Positions 20,104 through 30,771 of a stretch of 64,000 nucleotides of DNA are shown here, one piece after another (the first letter of the stretch is position 1; the number at the start of each line of letters is the position of its first letter). The DNA lies in the NCBI GenBank assembly GCA_027306655.1, contig DAHUZL010000031.1:830-64829 (forward strand), given 5' to 3'. This DNA comes from Candidatus Dormiibacterota bacterium. Lineage in GTDB: Bacteria; Chloroflexota; Dormibacteria; Aeolococcales; Bog-877. A program made the position numbers and the translations under genes. The notes below the pieces were generated by a model that had not been told where the DNA came from, ran no database searches, and was given only the letters and a program-made list of their open reading frames with translations.

Positions 20104-20835
20104 GTGACGGAGACGCTGGCCGGGCGAACCGCTCTCGTCACCGGCGGGGGCCGCGGCATCGGGCGCGCCGTCTGCCGGGCGCTGTCCGACATCGGGGCCC
20201 GGGTGGTGGTGAACTACCGCACCGACCGCGCCAGCGCCGAGGCGACGGCGGCGTCCCTCCCCGACGCGGTGGCGGCCCAGGCCGACGTCGGCGACCCCGG
20301 ACAGGTGACCCGACTGGTGGCGGCAGTGGGCCCGGTCACCGTCCTCGTCAACAATGCCGGCGTGCTCCGCGATCGCCTGGTCCTGCGCATGAGCACTGCC
20401 GACTGGGACGAGGTGCTGCGCACCGACCTCTCCTCCGCCTTCCACGTCAGCAAGGCGGTGCTGCCGGCGATGCTGCGGGCGCGCTGGGGTCGGATCGTCA
20501 GCATGAGCTCGATCGTGGGACTGGGCGGCAACCCCGGCCAGGCCAACTACGCCGCCGCCAAGGCGGGCCTGATCGGGCTGACCCGGGCTCTCGCCAAGGA
20601 GGTCGGCTCGCGCCAGATCACGTGCAACGTAGTCGCCCCCGGCTACGTCCCGACCGAGCTCACCCGCTCCTCGCTGACGGACGCGATGACGGAGGAACTG
20701 GTCCGGCGCACCCCGCTCCAGCGCCAGGGGACGGCCGAGGAGATCGCCGCGGCGGTGGCGTTCCTCTGCTCCCCCCAGGCCTCGTTCGTCACCGGCGCCG
20801 TGCTGGCCGTGGACGGCGGCCTCTCCCTCGGCTGA
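20104..20835 (+). CDS. fabG: 3-oxoacyl-ACP reductase (SDR)
   Basis: TGGGRGIGRA Rossmann motif, NNAG, S...YAAAK catalytic tetrad, and PGYVPTE near the C-terminus. Confidence 0.9.
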   Translation: MTETLAGRTALVTGGGRGIGRAVCRALSDIGARVVVNYRTDRASAEATAASLPDAVAAQADVGDPGQVTRLVAAVGPVTVLVNNAGVLRDRLVLRMSTADWDEVLRTDLSSAFHVSKAVLPAMLRARWGRIVSMSSIVGLGGNPGQANYAAAKAGLIGLTRALAKEVGSRQITCNVVAPGYVPTELTRSSLTDAMTEELVRRTPLQRQGTAEEIAAAVAFLCSPQASFVTGAVLAVDGGLSLG

Positions 20836-20845
20836 CCACCGGGCC

Positions 20846-21493
20846 GTGTCCGCCCCGCCGCTGCTGAGTGAGGTGCGGCCGGTGACCCGGGAGACCGCGT
20901 CCGACCTCGTCCGTTTCATGGGCCAGCGGGGTTGGTACGGGAACGGCCGCCTCGGCTTCTGCGCCTGCATGCGCTGGCGCCTGGCGGCCGGCGACTTCCA
21001 CCGCTCGACCGCCGAGGGGCGCCGCCGGGCGCTGCTGGACCTCGTGGGGGATGGGGTCCCGGTCGGGGTCCTCGCGTACGTGGGCGGCGAGCCGATCGGG
21101 TGGTGCTCGGTCGCGCCCCGCCCGACCTACGCCGCGCTCATCCGCTCCCGCGCGCTCCCGGGGACCGAGCGGGCGGGCGTGTGGTCGGTGGTGTGCTTCT
21201 TTGTGAACGGTCGATTCCGCGGGCGGGGCCTCACCGGGCGGCTGCTGGCGGCCGCCACCGCGTATGCGGCCGCTGCGGGCGCGGCTGAGCTGGAGGGCTT
21301 TCCGGTCCAGCCGGGTCCGCGCAGCCACACCTATATGGGGGCTCCCTCCACGTTCCGCGACCGCGGGTTCGTCGACGCGACCCCGGCCGGCTGCGCCCAC
21401 CGGGTGGTGCGCTGGCGCCCGCTCCCGGCCGGGGCCGTCCCGGGGCCGGGTCTATACTCCGGCCGAGCCCCACCCCCCGGCCAGGAGCCCTGA
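20846..21493 (+). CDS. GNAT family N-acetyltransferase (putative)
   Basis: 215 aa. The R-G-R-G-L-T-G-R-L-L stretch resembles the GNAT motif A acetyl-CoA binding loop. GTG start. Its stop overlaps the next gene's start. Confidence 0.5.
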   Translation: MSAPPLLSEVRPVTRETASDLVRFMGQRGWYGNGRLGFCACMRWRLAAGDFHRSTAEGRRRALLDLVGDGVPVGVLAYVGGEPIGWCSVAPRPTYAALIRSRALPGTERAGVWSVVCFFVNGRFRGRGLTGRLLAAATAYAAAAGAAELEGFPVQPGPRSHTYMGAPSTFRDRGFVDATPAGCAHRVVRWRPLPAGAVPGPGLYSGRAPPPGQEP

Positions 21494-22065
21494 TGCCCGC
21501 CCTCGCCCCCCTCTTCGACGGGATCGCGACGCTCCTCAACGTCTATGCGCTGCTGATCCTGGTCCGGGTCCTGCTCACCTACGTCCGCACCGGCGGGGGC
21601 CACCCCCTGGTGCAGGGGCTGCGGATGCTGGTGGACCCGGTCCTCGCGGTGGTGCGGCGGGTCGTGCCCACCCTCGGCGGGCTCGACTTCTCGCCGGTGG
21701 TGGCGATCATCCTCTGCTACGAGCTGGCCCAGCTGCTGACCGGCCTCGGCGCCGGCGCCTTCCCCAACCCGATCGCCGCGATCACCTCGATCGTCCTCAC
21801 CGTGGCCCAGACGGTCCTGGTCCTGATCGTGATCCTGGTCTTCGTGCGGCTGGTGATCTCCTTCCTCCACGCCGACCCCTGGCACCCGCTGGTGTTCACC
21901 ACCCGGGCCTTGACCGACGTCTTCGTGGCGCCCTTCCGCCGCCGCGTCCCCCGGCTCCGGACCGGCGACAGCGCCGCGGTGGCGGCGTTCCTTGTCCTGG
22001 TGGTGGCGCTGGTGGCCGTGGAATGGCTGTTCCCGATCATCCAGGCGGGCGCCAACCGGGTCTGA
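21493..22065 (+). CDS. YggT family membrane protein, tandem-duplicated (two YggT repeats in one 190-aa protein)
   Basis: Two ~90-aa hydrophobic repeats, each with the YggT-like pattern (LLNVYALLILVRVLLTYV... and VLVLIVILVFVRLVISFL...). Confidence 0.65.
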   Translation: MPALAPLFDGIATLLNVYALLILVRVLLTYVRTGGGHPLVQGLRMLVDPVLAVVRRVVPTLGGLDFSPVVAIILCYELAQLLTGLGAGAFPNPIAAITSIVLTVAQTVLVLIVILVFVRLVISFLHADPWHPLVFTTRALTDVFVAPFRRRVPRLRTGDSAAVAAFLVLVVALVAVEWLFPIIQAGANRV

Positions 22066-22090
22066 GGCGCCGCCGGCCGGCCCAGTGCGC

Positions 22091-25000
22091 TCAGCCGGAC
22101 TCCCACCGCTGGGGCGGGCGCGCGGGCGCGCGCGGGCGCACCCGCTGGACCCGGTAGGCGCCGGGGCCGCAGCAGCCCACCACCGCGCGCTCGAGCGGGG
22201 GCGCGAGGCTGACCCGGTGGCTTTCGCCGAGCTCCACCTCGTGCTCACCCTCGGGGTCGTGCAGATGGAGAACCACCGGGGTCGGGCCGGGGTGGGCGGC
22301 GAGGATCTGGGCCAATCGGGCGAGGCCGTCCCGGGTCCCCTCCGGGGAGGTGATGTGCACGGTGGCGTCGGCGCGCCAGTGGTCGAGCCCGGGGTCCTCG
22401 AGCGCCCAGACCGCCTCCGCGATCACCCGGGGCAGCTCCGCGCCGGCCTCGCTGGGCTCGATCTCCTGGACCTCCAGGCCGGGGTCCCCGTCGGGGGCGC
22501 CGTCCGCCGCGGCCGCGGGCACCGCGGCCGCGGGTGTGACCGGGCCGCCCCCCGACGGCCGCGGCCCGACCTCGGCCCGACCGCTCACCACCACCACCTG
22601 GTCGGCCTGGAGCAGCGGCCGGGCGAGGTCGAACACCGTGGGGAACACCACCACCTCGCAGACCCCGGTGAGGTCCTCCAGCTGGCAGAACGCCATGGTG
22701 GCCCCGCGCCGGCTCCGGACGGTGCGCGCCTCCCGGAGCGCTCCCGCCACCTGGACCAGATGGCCGCCGAGCCCGCCGAGCTCGGCCACCTCGGTGTCCG
22801 AGCGCTCCCGGAGCCGGTCCTGGAGCGGGCGGAGGGGATGATCGCTGAGGTAGAGGCCGAGCAGCTCGCGCTCGAGGGCAAGCCGCTCGCGCTGGGGCAT
22901 CGGGGCGACGTCGGCGACCGGGGCGAGCTCGTCGAGCGTCGCCACCGCGCCGCCGCCCTCGTCGTCACCGCCGCCAGCCCCATCCGCCTCGGCCCCGAGC
23001 AGGGAGGTGAAGAGGGAGGTCTGGCCCGACCGGCGCTCGGCCTGGATCCGGTCGGCGCGCTGGAGGGCCTGGTCCATCTGGGCCAGCAGCTGGGCCCGCT
23101 CCCCCACCTGGTCCAGCGCTCCGCTCTTGATCAGGGCCTCCAGCACCCGACGGTTGAGCCCCTGGCCGCCGATCCGCAGGCAGAGGTCCAGGAGCGACCG
23201 GTAGGGACCGTGGGCCGACCGTTCCTGCACGATCTGACGCGCCCCGTGCTCGCCCACGTTCTTGATGTGCTGGAGACCGAAGAGGACGGTGCCGCCGGGG
23301 GCCGGCGGGCCGGCGCCGGCGGCCACGCTGAATCCCGCCTCCGAGCGGCCGACGTCGGGCGGGAGGACCTCGATGCCGTGGTCGCGCGCGTCCAGGACTG
23401 CCCGCTTGAGCCGATCCGACTGGCCCGCCTTGCTGTTGAGGAGGGCGGCGGTGTAGGCGAGCGGGTGGTTGGCCTTGAGGTAGGCGGTCTGGTAGGTGAT
23501 CAGCCCATAGGCGACCGAATGCGCCTTGTTGAACCCGTACCCGGCGAAGTAGTCGATGGTGTCGAAGAGGGTCTCGGCGGTCGCCGCCGCGATCCCGTTG
23601 GCGAGGGCGCCGACCAGGAAGCGCTCCCGCTGGGCCGCCATCTTGGCCTTGTCCTTCTTGCCCATGGCGGCGCGCAGGATGTCGGCGGCGCCGAGCGAGA
23701 AGCCGGCCACCTGGGAGGCGATCTGCATCACCTGGTCCTGGTACAGGATGACCCCGTGGGTCTCGGCCAGGATCGGCTCCAGGCTGGGGTGCGGATAGGT
23801 GATCGCCTCCTCGCCGCGCCGCCGCCTGAGGTAGAGGTCCAGCACCCGTCCCTCGCTCGGGCCCGGGCGGATCAGCGCGGTGGCGGCGGCGAGGTCGAGG
23901 AGCGACCGCGGCCGCATCTCGACCAGGATCCGCCGGGCGCCCTCCGCCTCCATCTGGAAGACGCCGAAGGTGTCCCCCCGCGCCAGGAGGTCGAAGGTGG
24001 TGGCGTCGTCGAGGGGAAGGCGGTCGAGGTCGGGCCGCTGCCCGGTGGCGCGCTCGACGTTGTCGCAGGCCTCCTCCAGGATGGTGAGGTTCTCCAGGCC
24101 GAGGAAGTCCATCTTGAGCAGACCCACCCGCTGCACCCCGACCATGTCGAACTGGGTCACGATGGCGTCGCGGGAGCCGGTGGCGCGCTGGAGCGGGACG
24201 TAGTCCTGGAGCGGACCGGGACCGATCACGACGCCGGCGGCGTGGGTGCCGGCGTTGCGCGAGATGCCCTCCAGGCGGCGGGCATTGTCGACCAGCTTGC
24301 GGGCCCAGTCCTCGGTCTCGTAGCACTGGCGCAGCTCGCGCGACTCCGCCAGCGCCGCCTCCAGGGTCACGCCGGGACGGGGCGGCACCAGCTTGGCGAG
24401 CCGGTCGACCAGCTGCAGGGGGATGTCCAGCACCCGTCCCACGTCGCGCAGCGCGGCGCGCGCGGCCATGGTGCCGAAGGTGACGATCTGGGCGACGCGG
24501 TCCTGACCGTAGCGCTGGGCGACGTACTCGATGACGCGGGACCGGCCGGCGACATCGAAGTCGATGTCGATGTCGGGCATCGACCCGCGCTCGGCGTTGA
24601 GGAAGCGTTCGAAGGTCAGCCCGTAGCGGAGCGGGTCGAGGCCGGTGATCCCGAGCGCGTAGGCGGTCAGGCTGCCGGCCGCCGAGCCCCGGCCCGGCCC
24701 CACCGTCACCCCCTGCTCGCGGGCGGCCCGGATCAGGTCCCAGACGATGAGGAAGTAGGCGGCGAACCCGGTGTCCCGGATCACCCGCAGCTCGGTCTCG
24801 AGGCGGGTGGTGTGGGCCGGGCTGGCGCCGTCCGCGCCGCACCGCTCCCGCAGCCCGCTCGCCGCCAGGCGGGCAAGGAGCTGGTCCGGGCTCTCCCCCT
24901 CGGGGGTGGCGTAGCCGGGGAGGAGGCGCCGGTCGAGCTCGGGGGCGAAGCGGCAGCGCTCGGCGATCGCGACCGTGTTGGCCACCGCCTCCGGGCAGTC

Positions 25001-25774
25001 GCTAAAGCGCAGGGCCATCTCCTCGGCGGTGGCGAGGTAGAAGGACGGCCCCGCGAAGCGCAGGCGACGCTCGTCGCCGAGGCGGCTGCCGGTCTGCAGG
25101 CAGAGCAGGATGTCGTGCGGCTCGGCGTCGGCGGGGTCGAGGTAGTGGAGGTCGTTGGTCGCCACCAGCGGCAGCCCGGTGCGGCGCGCCAGCTGGAGGA
25201 GGCCCCGCCGGACCCGGGCCTCGTCGTCGATGCCGTGGTCCTGCAGCTCCAGGAAGAAGTTGTCGGGCCCGAGCAGCTCGCTGTAGGCGCGGGCCAGACG
25301 CTCGGCGCCCGCCTCGTCCCCGGCGAGGAGACGCTGGGGGATCTCGCCGCCGAGGCAGCCGGAGAGCGCGATCAGCCCCTCCGCATGCTCGGAGAGGAGC
25401 TCCATGTCGATCCGGGGCTTGTAGTAGTAGCCCTCGAGGTGCGCCCGGCTGACCAGCCGCATCAGGTTGCGGTAGCCCGCATCGTCGCGGGCGAGCAGCA
25501 CCAGGTGCGAGGGATCGCGGTCGGCACGTCCCTCCCGCTGGTGGCGGGTCCGGGCGGCGACGTACACCTCGCACCCGATGATGGGGCGGATCCCGGCCGC
25601 CTCGGCCGCTTCGTAGAACTCGATCGCGCCCGAGAGCGTGCCGTGGTCGGTGATCGCCACCGCGGGCATCCCCAGCGCTGCGGCGCGGGCCACCAGCTCC
25701 CGGATGCGGGTGGCCCCGTCGAGGAGGGAGTACTCGGTGTGGGTGTGGAGGTGGACGAACGAGGGGGCCGCCAT
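22091..25774 (-). CDS. dnaE: DNA polymerase III alpha subunit
   Basis: 1227 aa. PHP domain N-terminus FVHLHTHTEYSLLDGA, polymerase core, OB-fold, and C-terminal tail. Confidence 0.95.
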   Translation of the reverse strand: MAAPSFVHLHTHTEYSLLDGATRIRELVARAAALGMPAVAITDHGTLSGAIEFYEAAEAAGIRPIIGCEVYVAARTRHQREGRADRDPSHLVLLARDDAGYRNLMRLVSRAHLEGYYYKPRIDMELLSEHAEGLIALSGCLGGEIPQRLLAGDEAGAERLARAYSELLGPDNFFLELQDHGIDDEARVRRGLLQLARRTGLPLVATNDLHYLDPADAEPHDILLCLQTGSRLGDERRLRFAGPSFYLATAEEMALRFSDCPEAVANTVAIAERCRFAPELDRRLLPGYATPEGESPDQLLARLAASGLRERCGADGASPAHTTRLETELRVIRDTGFAAYFLIVWDLIRAAREQGVTVGPGRGSAAGSLTAYALGITGLDPLRYGLTFERFLNAERGSMPDIDIDFDVAGRSRVIEYVAQRYGQDRVAQIVTFGTMAARAALRDVGRVLDIPLQLVDRLAKLVPPRPGVTLEAALAESRELRQCYETEDWARKLVDNARRLEGISRNAGTHAAGVVIGPGPLQDYVPLQRATGSRDAIVTQFDMVGVQRVGLLKMDFLGLENLTILEEACDNVERATGQRPDLDRLPLDDATTFDLLARGDTFGVFQMEAEGARRILVEMRPRSLLDLAAATALIRPGPSEGRVLDLYLRRRRGEEAITYPHPSLEPILAETHGVILYQDQVMQIASQVAGFSLGAADILRAAMGKKDKAKMAAQRERFLVGALANGIAAATAETLFDTIDYFAGYGFNKAHSVAYGLITYQTAYLKANHPLAYTAALLNSKAGQSDRLKRAVLDARDHGIEVLPPDVGRSEAGFSVAAGAGPPAPGGTVLFGLQHIKNVGEHGARQIVQERSAHGPYRSLLDLCLRIGGQGLNRRVLEALIKSGALDQVGERAQLLAQMDQALQRADRIQAERRSGQTSLFTSLLGAEADGAGGGDDEGGGAVATLDELAPVADVAPMPQRERLALERELLGLYLSDHPLRPLQDRLRERSDTEVAELGGLGGHLVQVAGALREARTVRSRRGATMAFCQLEDLTGVCEVVVFPTVFDLARPLLQADQVVVVSGRAEVGPRPSGGGPVTPAAAVPAAAADGAPDGDPGLEVQEIEPSEAGAELPRVIAEAVWALEDPGLDHWRADATVHITSPEGTRDGLARLAQILAAHPGPTPVVLHLHDPEGEHEVELGESHRVSLAPPLERAVVGCCGPGAYRVQRVRPRAPARPPQRWESG

Positions 25775-25831
25775 GGGGAGCGCGGACCAGTATCGGGGAT
25801 CGGCCGTCCCCCGGGAGGCCGGCCCGCCGGC

Positions 25832-27106
25832 TCAGCCGCGGACCAGTAGGGCCAGAGTCTCCACGTGGTACGTCTGCGGGAACATGTCCACGATCGTCAG
25901 GCGGTCGAGCCGGTAGGGACCGAGCGCCACCAGCAGGTGAGCGTCGCGCGCCAGCGCGGCGGGATCGCAGCTGATGTACACGACCCGGGCCGGTCCCTCG
26001 AGCGCCAGCCAGCCCGTCACCGCGGGCGCGAGCCCGGAGCGGGGGGGGTCCACCACCACCAGGTCGGGGACGGGGACGCCCGGGAGCAGCCGCTCGACCG
26101 GGCCCGCCCGCACCGCGACCCGGTCGGCGACGCCGTTCAGGTCGGCGTGGAGCCGGGCGAGCCGGGCGGCGACGGGGTTGACCTCGAGCGCCGTCACCCG
26201 GCGGCCGCCCTCGGCGAGACGGCAGCTGAGGACACCGATCCCGCTGTAGGCGTCGACCAGATGGGCCGTCACCGGGGTCAGCTCCTCCACCCAGCCCGCC
26301 ACCGTCTCGTAGAGCGCGGGCAGGGTCAGCTGGTTGACCTGGATGAAGCTCTCGGGGTGGACCCGCGCCCACAGCCGGCCGTAGGCGAGGCCGGTGCTCT
26401 CGGCGGTGAGCCGCGGACCCTCCGGGAGTCGCGGGGCGGCGCGGGCCACCAGCGCCGGGCCGGCCGCGCCCGTGGGCCGGGGATCGACGAGCAGCTCCTC
26501 CCCGCGCTCGCCGAGGGTGAGGTGGAGGGTGCGCACCCCGCCGGCGTCGGGGCCCTCCTCGGGGGCGTCGCCCTCCGCCAGCGCGGCGGCGAGCGCCGGC
26601 AGGGCGCGGTTGATGGCGGGGTGATGGATGGGGCAGGCGTCGACCGCGAGCCGGCGGTAGCCGTGCCGCTCGGTGAATCCCAGACCGGGCCCGGCCGGGC
26701 CCGGGGCGCGGTGGAACTCCCCCCGCCAGCGATACCCGTAGGGGGCGTCCGCGGCGCGGGCGTCGAGCCGGGCGCCGCCCACGTCGACGCCGACCCGCCG
26801 GAGCGCCGCCACCACCACCTCCTGCTTGAGGCGGAGCTGGCGGGGGGCCGAGATGTGCTGCAGCTGGCAGCCCCCGCAGCGGCCGAAGACGGGGCATCGG
26901 GGCTCCACCCGGTCGGGCGACGCCCGCAGCACCTCCTCCGTGTCGGCGAAGGCGTGGCGCGCACGCACCCGGGTGACCCGGGCCAGCACCCGCTCGCCTG
27001 GGATCGCCCCGAACACGAACACCACCTGCCCAGCGTGGCGGGCCAGCCCCAGGCCGCGATGGGCGAATCCCTCCACCTCCAGCTCCACGCGGTCGCCGCC
27101 GGCCAC
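25832..27106 (-). CDS. rlmD: 23S rRNA (uracil-C5)-methyltransferase RlmD/RumA family (TRAM + [4Fe-4S] Cys cluster + SAM MTase)
   Basis: TRAM-like N-terminus (GDRVELEVEGFAHRGLGLAR), a Cys cluster (CPVFGRCGGCQLQH), and the MTase C-terminus (VVYISCDPAALARD...FPQTYHVETLALL). The ORF-track extension to 29050 overlaps gatB in another frame. I trimmed to the GTG at 27106 (a CTG at 27127 is an alternative). Confidence 0.75.
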   Translation of the reverse strand: MAGGDRVELEVEGFAHRGLGLARHAGQVVFVFGAIPGERVLARVTRVRARHAFADTEEVLRASPDRVEPRCPVFGRCGGCQLQHISAPRQLRLKQEVVVAALRRVGVDVGGARLDARAADAPYGYRWRGEFHRAPGPAGPGLGFTERHGYRRLAVDACPIHHPAINRALPALAAALAEGDAPEEGPDAGGVRTLHLTLGERGEELLVDPRPTGAAGPALVARAAPRLPEGPRLTAESTGLAYGRLWARVHPESFIQVNQLTLPALYETVAGWVEELTPVTAHLVDAYSGIGVLSCRLAEGGRRVTALEVNPVAARLARLHADLNGVADRVAVRAGPVERLLPGVPVPDLVVVDPPRSGLAPAVTGWLALEGPARVVYISCDPAALARDAHLLVALGPYRLDRLTIVDMFPQTYHVETLALLVRG

Positions 27107-27126
27107 CGCGGGCCCGGGGTCGGTGG

Positions 27127-28623
27127 TCAGCCGCCGCCCTCCCGGGGCAGTCGCCGGCGCAGCAGGGCGTCCACCCGGCGGGCGTCGGCGCGGCCCCCCG
27201 TCGCCGCCATGACCGCGCCCACCAGCGCCGACAGGGCACGATCGTTGCCGGCCTGGAAGTCCTGGGCTGCCCGGGGGGCGGCGGCGATCGCCCGGTCCAC
27301 CTGGTCGGTCAGCTGCTCCTCGTCGCTCAGCTGGCGCAGCCCGCGCTCGTCCACCAGCCGGGCGGGGTCCTGGCCGGTCTCGATCGCCTCCGCGAGGAGC
27401 GCCTTGGCGGTGGCGCCGCTGACCGTGCGGGCGCCCACCAGGACCAGCAGCCGCGCCAGCTGGTCGGGCGCCAGCCCGCTGGTCTCCACCGTCCGGTGGG
27501 CGCGCTGGCAGAGGCCGGCCAGCTCGTTGAGCTGCCAGCCGGCCGCGAGCGCGGCCGGGGCGCCGGCCGCCACCACCTGCTCGAAGTACAGGGCCTCCCC
27601 CGGCCGCTCGGTGAGGGCGCGGGCCTCCGCGTCGCTGAGGCCGTGCATCTGCCGCAGCCGGAGCGCGCGCGCCCGGGGAAGCTCCGGGAGCCGGGCCCGG
27701 AGCGCCTCCACCTCGTCCCGCCCCAGCCGGATCGGGGGCAGGTCCGGGTCGGGGAAGTAGCGGTAATCGTCGGCCTCCTCCTTGCTCCGCTGGCTCACCG
27801 TCGCCGCCTCCGCCTCGCTCCAGCCTCGGGTCTCCGGCGCGAGCGGCCGGCCGGCCTCCAGCGCGGCCGCCTGGCGCACCACCTCGTGCTCCAGCGCGCG
27901 CTGGAGGATCCGGAACGAATTGAGGTTCTTGACCTCGGTCCGCACCCCGAGGGTGTCCGCGCCCCGGGGCCGCAGCGAGATGTTGGCGTCGCAGCGCAGG
28001 CTCCCCTCCTCCATGTTGCCGTCGTTGACGCCGAGGTAGAGCAGGAGCTGGCGGAGGGCGACCAGGTAGGCCCGGGCCTCGGTCGGGGAGCGCAGGTCGG
28101 GCTCGCCGACGATCTCCATCAGGGGGACGCCGGCCCGGTTGAGGTCGACGAACGAGAAGCCGGCGTGGTGGATCTCGCCGGCGTGGACAAGCTTGCCGGC
28201 GTCCTCCTCCAGGTGGACCCGGGTGATCCGGGCCGCCCGCTGGGCCCCGGCGACGTCGAACTCCAGCCACCCGCCGACACAGAGCGGCAGGTCGAACTGG
28301 GAGATCTGGTAGCCCTTGGGGAGGTCGGGGTAGAAGTAGTTCTTGCGGTCGAACTTGGAGTGCTCGGCGATCCGGCTCTGGAGGGCGAGACCGGTGAGCA
28401 CGGTCTGCCGGATCGCCTCCAGGTTGGCGACCGGGAGCGCCCCGGGTAGGCCGAGGCAGGTGGGGCAGGTGTTGTGGTTGGGCGCGAGGCCCACGTAGTC
28501 GGCGCGGCAGCCGCAGAACATCTTGCTCCGGGTCCGCAGCTGGGCGTGCACCTCCAGCCCGATCACCGGCTCCCAGCGCTCCAGCGCCAGCGCCAGGGCG
28601 GTCGGGGCGGGCGCCTGGGTCAC
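27127..28623 (-). CDS. gatB: Asp-tRNA(Asn)/Glu-tRNA(Gln) amidotransferase subunit B
   Basis: [13 protein letters not shown]...KMFCGCR...NLNSFR GatB signature regions. 498 aa. Confidence 0.95.
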   Translation of the reverse strand: MTQAPAPTALALALERWEPVIGLEVHAQLRTRSKMFCGCRADYVGLAPNHNTCPTCLGLPGALPVANLEAIRQTVLTGLALQSRIAEHSKFDRKNYFYPDLPKGYQISQFDLPLCVGGWLEFDVAGAQRAARITRVHLEEDAGKLVHAGEIHHAGFSFVDLNRAGVPLMEIVGEPDLRSPTEARAYLVALRQLLLYLGVNDGNMEEGSLRCDANISLRPRGADTLGVRTEVKNLNSFRILQRALEHEVVRQAAALEAGRPLAPETRGWSEAEAATVSQRSKEEADDYRYFPDPDLPPIRLGRDEVEALRARLPELPRARALRLRQMHGLSDAEARALTERPGEALYFEQVVAAGAPAALAAGWQLNELAGLCQRAHRTVETSGLAPDQLARLLVLVGARTVSGATAKALLAEAIETGQDPARLVDERGLRQLSDEEQLTDQVDRAIAAAPRAAQDFQAGNDRALSALVGAVMAATGGRADARRVDALLRRRLPREGGG

Positions 28624-30095
28624 GCCACCCGCTCCCGCGCCAGGGGCGGAGGCTCGGCCACGCCCTGGACGGCCTCCAGGGCGGCCGCGACCCGAAGGCA
28701 GCGGGCGTCGGCGAAGGCCGGGGCGGCGACCTGGAGGCCGACCGGCAGCCCATCGGCCTGGTCGATCGGCACCGAGATCGCCGGCACCCCGGCCAGCGAG
28801 AAGGGGACGGTGAGGACGTCACTCTGATACATCGCCAGCGGGTCGGCGACCCGCGACCCGATCGGGAAGGCGACGGTCGGCGAGGTGGGGGCGAGGATCG
28901 CGTCCACCTCCTCGAAGACGCGGGCGAGGTCGGCCGCCACCAGGGTCCGCACCTGCTGCGCCCGGCGGTAGTAGGCGTCGTAGTAGCCGGAGCTGAGGGC
29001 GTACGTCCCGAGCATGATCCGCCGCCGCACCTCGGGGCCGAACCCGTCATGGCGGGCCCGATCGTAGGCCTCCCGAACCGTGGCCGCGGCGGGGGCCCCC
29101 GGACCGAAGCGCAGCCCGTCCATCCGGGCGAGGTTGCTGGAGGCCTCGGCGGGGGCGATGACGTAGTAGGCGGCGAGCGCGAACCGGGTGCTGGGAATGC
29201 TGACCGGCTCCAGCCGGGCGCCCTGGGCGGCGAGCCGGTCGCAGGCGGCCTCGAACGCCCGTCGCACCCCCTCCTCCAGACCGGCCTCGACGTACTCCCG
29301 GGGGACCCCGAGCCGCAGCCCCTCCACCCCGCCCGCCAGTCCCGGCAGCGGGTCCTCGACGTCGCGCCGGCTCGAGGTGGCGTCGCGGGGGTCGTGCCCG
29401 GCGATGGCCCGATAGACCAGAGCGCAGTCGCCCACGGTGCGGGTGAACGGCCCCACCTGGTCCAGCGAGCTGGCGAACGCGATCAGGCCGTACCGGCTCA
29501 CCCGACCGTAGGTGGGCTTGAAGCCCACCACGCCGCAGAGCGCGGCCGGCTGACGGATCGACCCGCCGGTGTCGGTCCCCAGGCTGCAGGTGACGAGGCC
29601 GGCCGCCACCGCCGCGGCCGACCCGCCGCTGCTCCCGCCGGGGACGCGGTCCAGTCCATGGGGGTTGTGCGTCACCCGGTGGGCGGAGTTCTCGGTGGAG
29701 CTCCCCATCGCGAACTCATCGCAGTTGCAGTGGCCCACCAGCACCGCGCCGGCCTCGGTCAGGCGGCGGACCGCGGTCGCCGTGTAGGGGGGGACGAAGC
29801 CCCGGAGGATGCGGCTCCCGGCGGTGGTCTCCACCCCCTCGACGCAGAGGACGTCCTTCACCCCGACCGGGATCCCGCACAGGTCGGGGGCCGCCGCGCC
29901 GTCCCGCGCCCGTCGCTGGTCCGCCGCCGCCGCCGCCGCCCGGGCGGTGTCGGGCGTGAGCCGCAGGAACGCCCCCACGCGGCCGTCGAGGTGGGCGATG
30001 CGGCGGAGGGCCTCCTCGATCAGCCCCGCGCTGGTCACCTCGCCCGAGCGCAGCGCCCGGGCCTGCTCCGTCAGCGGCCGCAGCAGCCAGCTCAC
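28620..30095 (-). CDS. gatA: Glutamyl-tRNA(Gln) amidotransferase subunit A (amidase signature family)
   Basis: Amidase signature [14 protein letters not shown] with the Ser-cisSer-Lys triad context. 491 aa. Start overlaps the gatC stop; stop overlaps the gatB start. Confidence 0.95.
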   Translation of the reverse strand: MSWLLRPLTEQARALRSGEVTSAGLIEEALRRIAHLDGRVGAFLRLTPDTARAAAAAADQRRARDGAAAPDLCGIPVGVKDVLCVEGVETTAGSRILRGFVPPYTATAVRRLTEAGAVLVGHCNCDEFAMGSSTENSAHRVTHNPHGLDRVPGGSSGGSAAAVAAGLVTCSLGTDTGGSIRQPAALCGVVGFKPTYGRVSRYGLIAFASSLDQVGPFTRTVGDCALVYRAIAGHDPRDATSSRRDVEDPLPGLAGGVEGLRLGVPREYVEAGLEEGVRRAFEAACDRLAAQGARLEPVSIPSTRFALAAYYVIAPAEASSNLARMDGLRFGPGAPAAATVREAYDRARHDGFGPEVRRRIMLGTYALSSGYYDAYYRRAQQVRTLVAADLARVFEEVDAILAPTSPTVAFPIGSRVADPLAMYQSDVLTVPFSLAGVPAISVPIDQADGLPVGLQVAAPAFADARCLRVAAALEAVQGVAEPPPLARERVA

Positions 30096-30376
30096 TGGAT
30101 CGCCGGCACCCGGATGAGGTCCGCCTCCCGATTGGCGGCGCCCGCGAGCGCTCGGTCCACCGGGAGCGACGGGTCGACGGTGTCGGGGCGGTCGGCGTCC
30201 CCCGGGTCGCCGACCTGGAGGGTGGGGTCGATGCCGCTGGTGTCAGCGTCCTGGAGCTGGTCCACGGCGGTGAGGATCACCCCCAGCTGGTCCGCGGCCC
30301 TCCCCACCTCCTCCTCGTCCAACCCCAGCCGCGCGAGATCGGCGACGTGGCGCACCACCGCCGGGTCGATCGGCAT
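30092..30376 (-). CDS. gatC: Glu-tRNA(Gln) amidotransferase subunit C
   Basis: 94 aa with the GatC-like N-terminus (VRHVADLARLGLDEEEV). Heads the gatCAB operon. Confidence 0.9.
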   Translation of the reverse strand: MPIDPAVVRHVADLARLGLDEEEVGRAADQLGVILTAVDQLQDADTSGIDPTLQVGDPGDADRPDTVDPSLPVDRALAGAANREADLIRVPAIQ

Positions 30377-30528
30377 CGAGGATCCCTCAGGTTGGCGGCG
30401 ACCCGCCCGGGCGGCTCAGCCGCGATCCGTGGCGCCGGTCGCGCCCAGGGTGGCTCGGTCGCCCGCAGCGGCCACCCCGTCCGGATGGTACCTGGCGTGC
30501 CAGACGAGCATATGCTACAGTGTCGCAC

Positions 30529-30771
30529 ATGAGGACCGGAGTGCGCGAGCTTCGCAACCAGACGCGTCAGGTGATCGATGCGGTGCGGGCCGGTGAGCGG
30601 GTCGTCCTGACCGTGCACGGCGCGGCGGTTGCGGACATCGTGCCCCACGGCCAGCGGTCCCGCTGGCTGGCCGGCGACCCTCTGCGTCGAGCGCTCGCCG
30701 AACGGGCAGCTGACCCGGCGCTCCGCGGTGATCTCAAGAGCCTCATCGGACAGACCCTGGACGAGCTGTGA
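30529..30771 (+). CDS. Type II antitoxin, Phd/YefM family
   Basis: MRTGVRELRNQTRQVIDAVRAGERVVLTVHGAAVADIVP is a classic Phd/YefM N-terminal fold. It probably starts at the ATG at 30529 (the ORF-track GTG at 30520 adds MSH). Its stop overlaps the VapC start. Confidence 0.75.
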   Translation: MRTGVRELRNQTRQVIDAVRAGERVVLTVHGAAVADIVPHGQRSRWLAGDPLRRALAERAADPALRGDLKSLIGQTLDEL

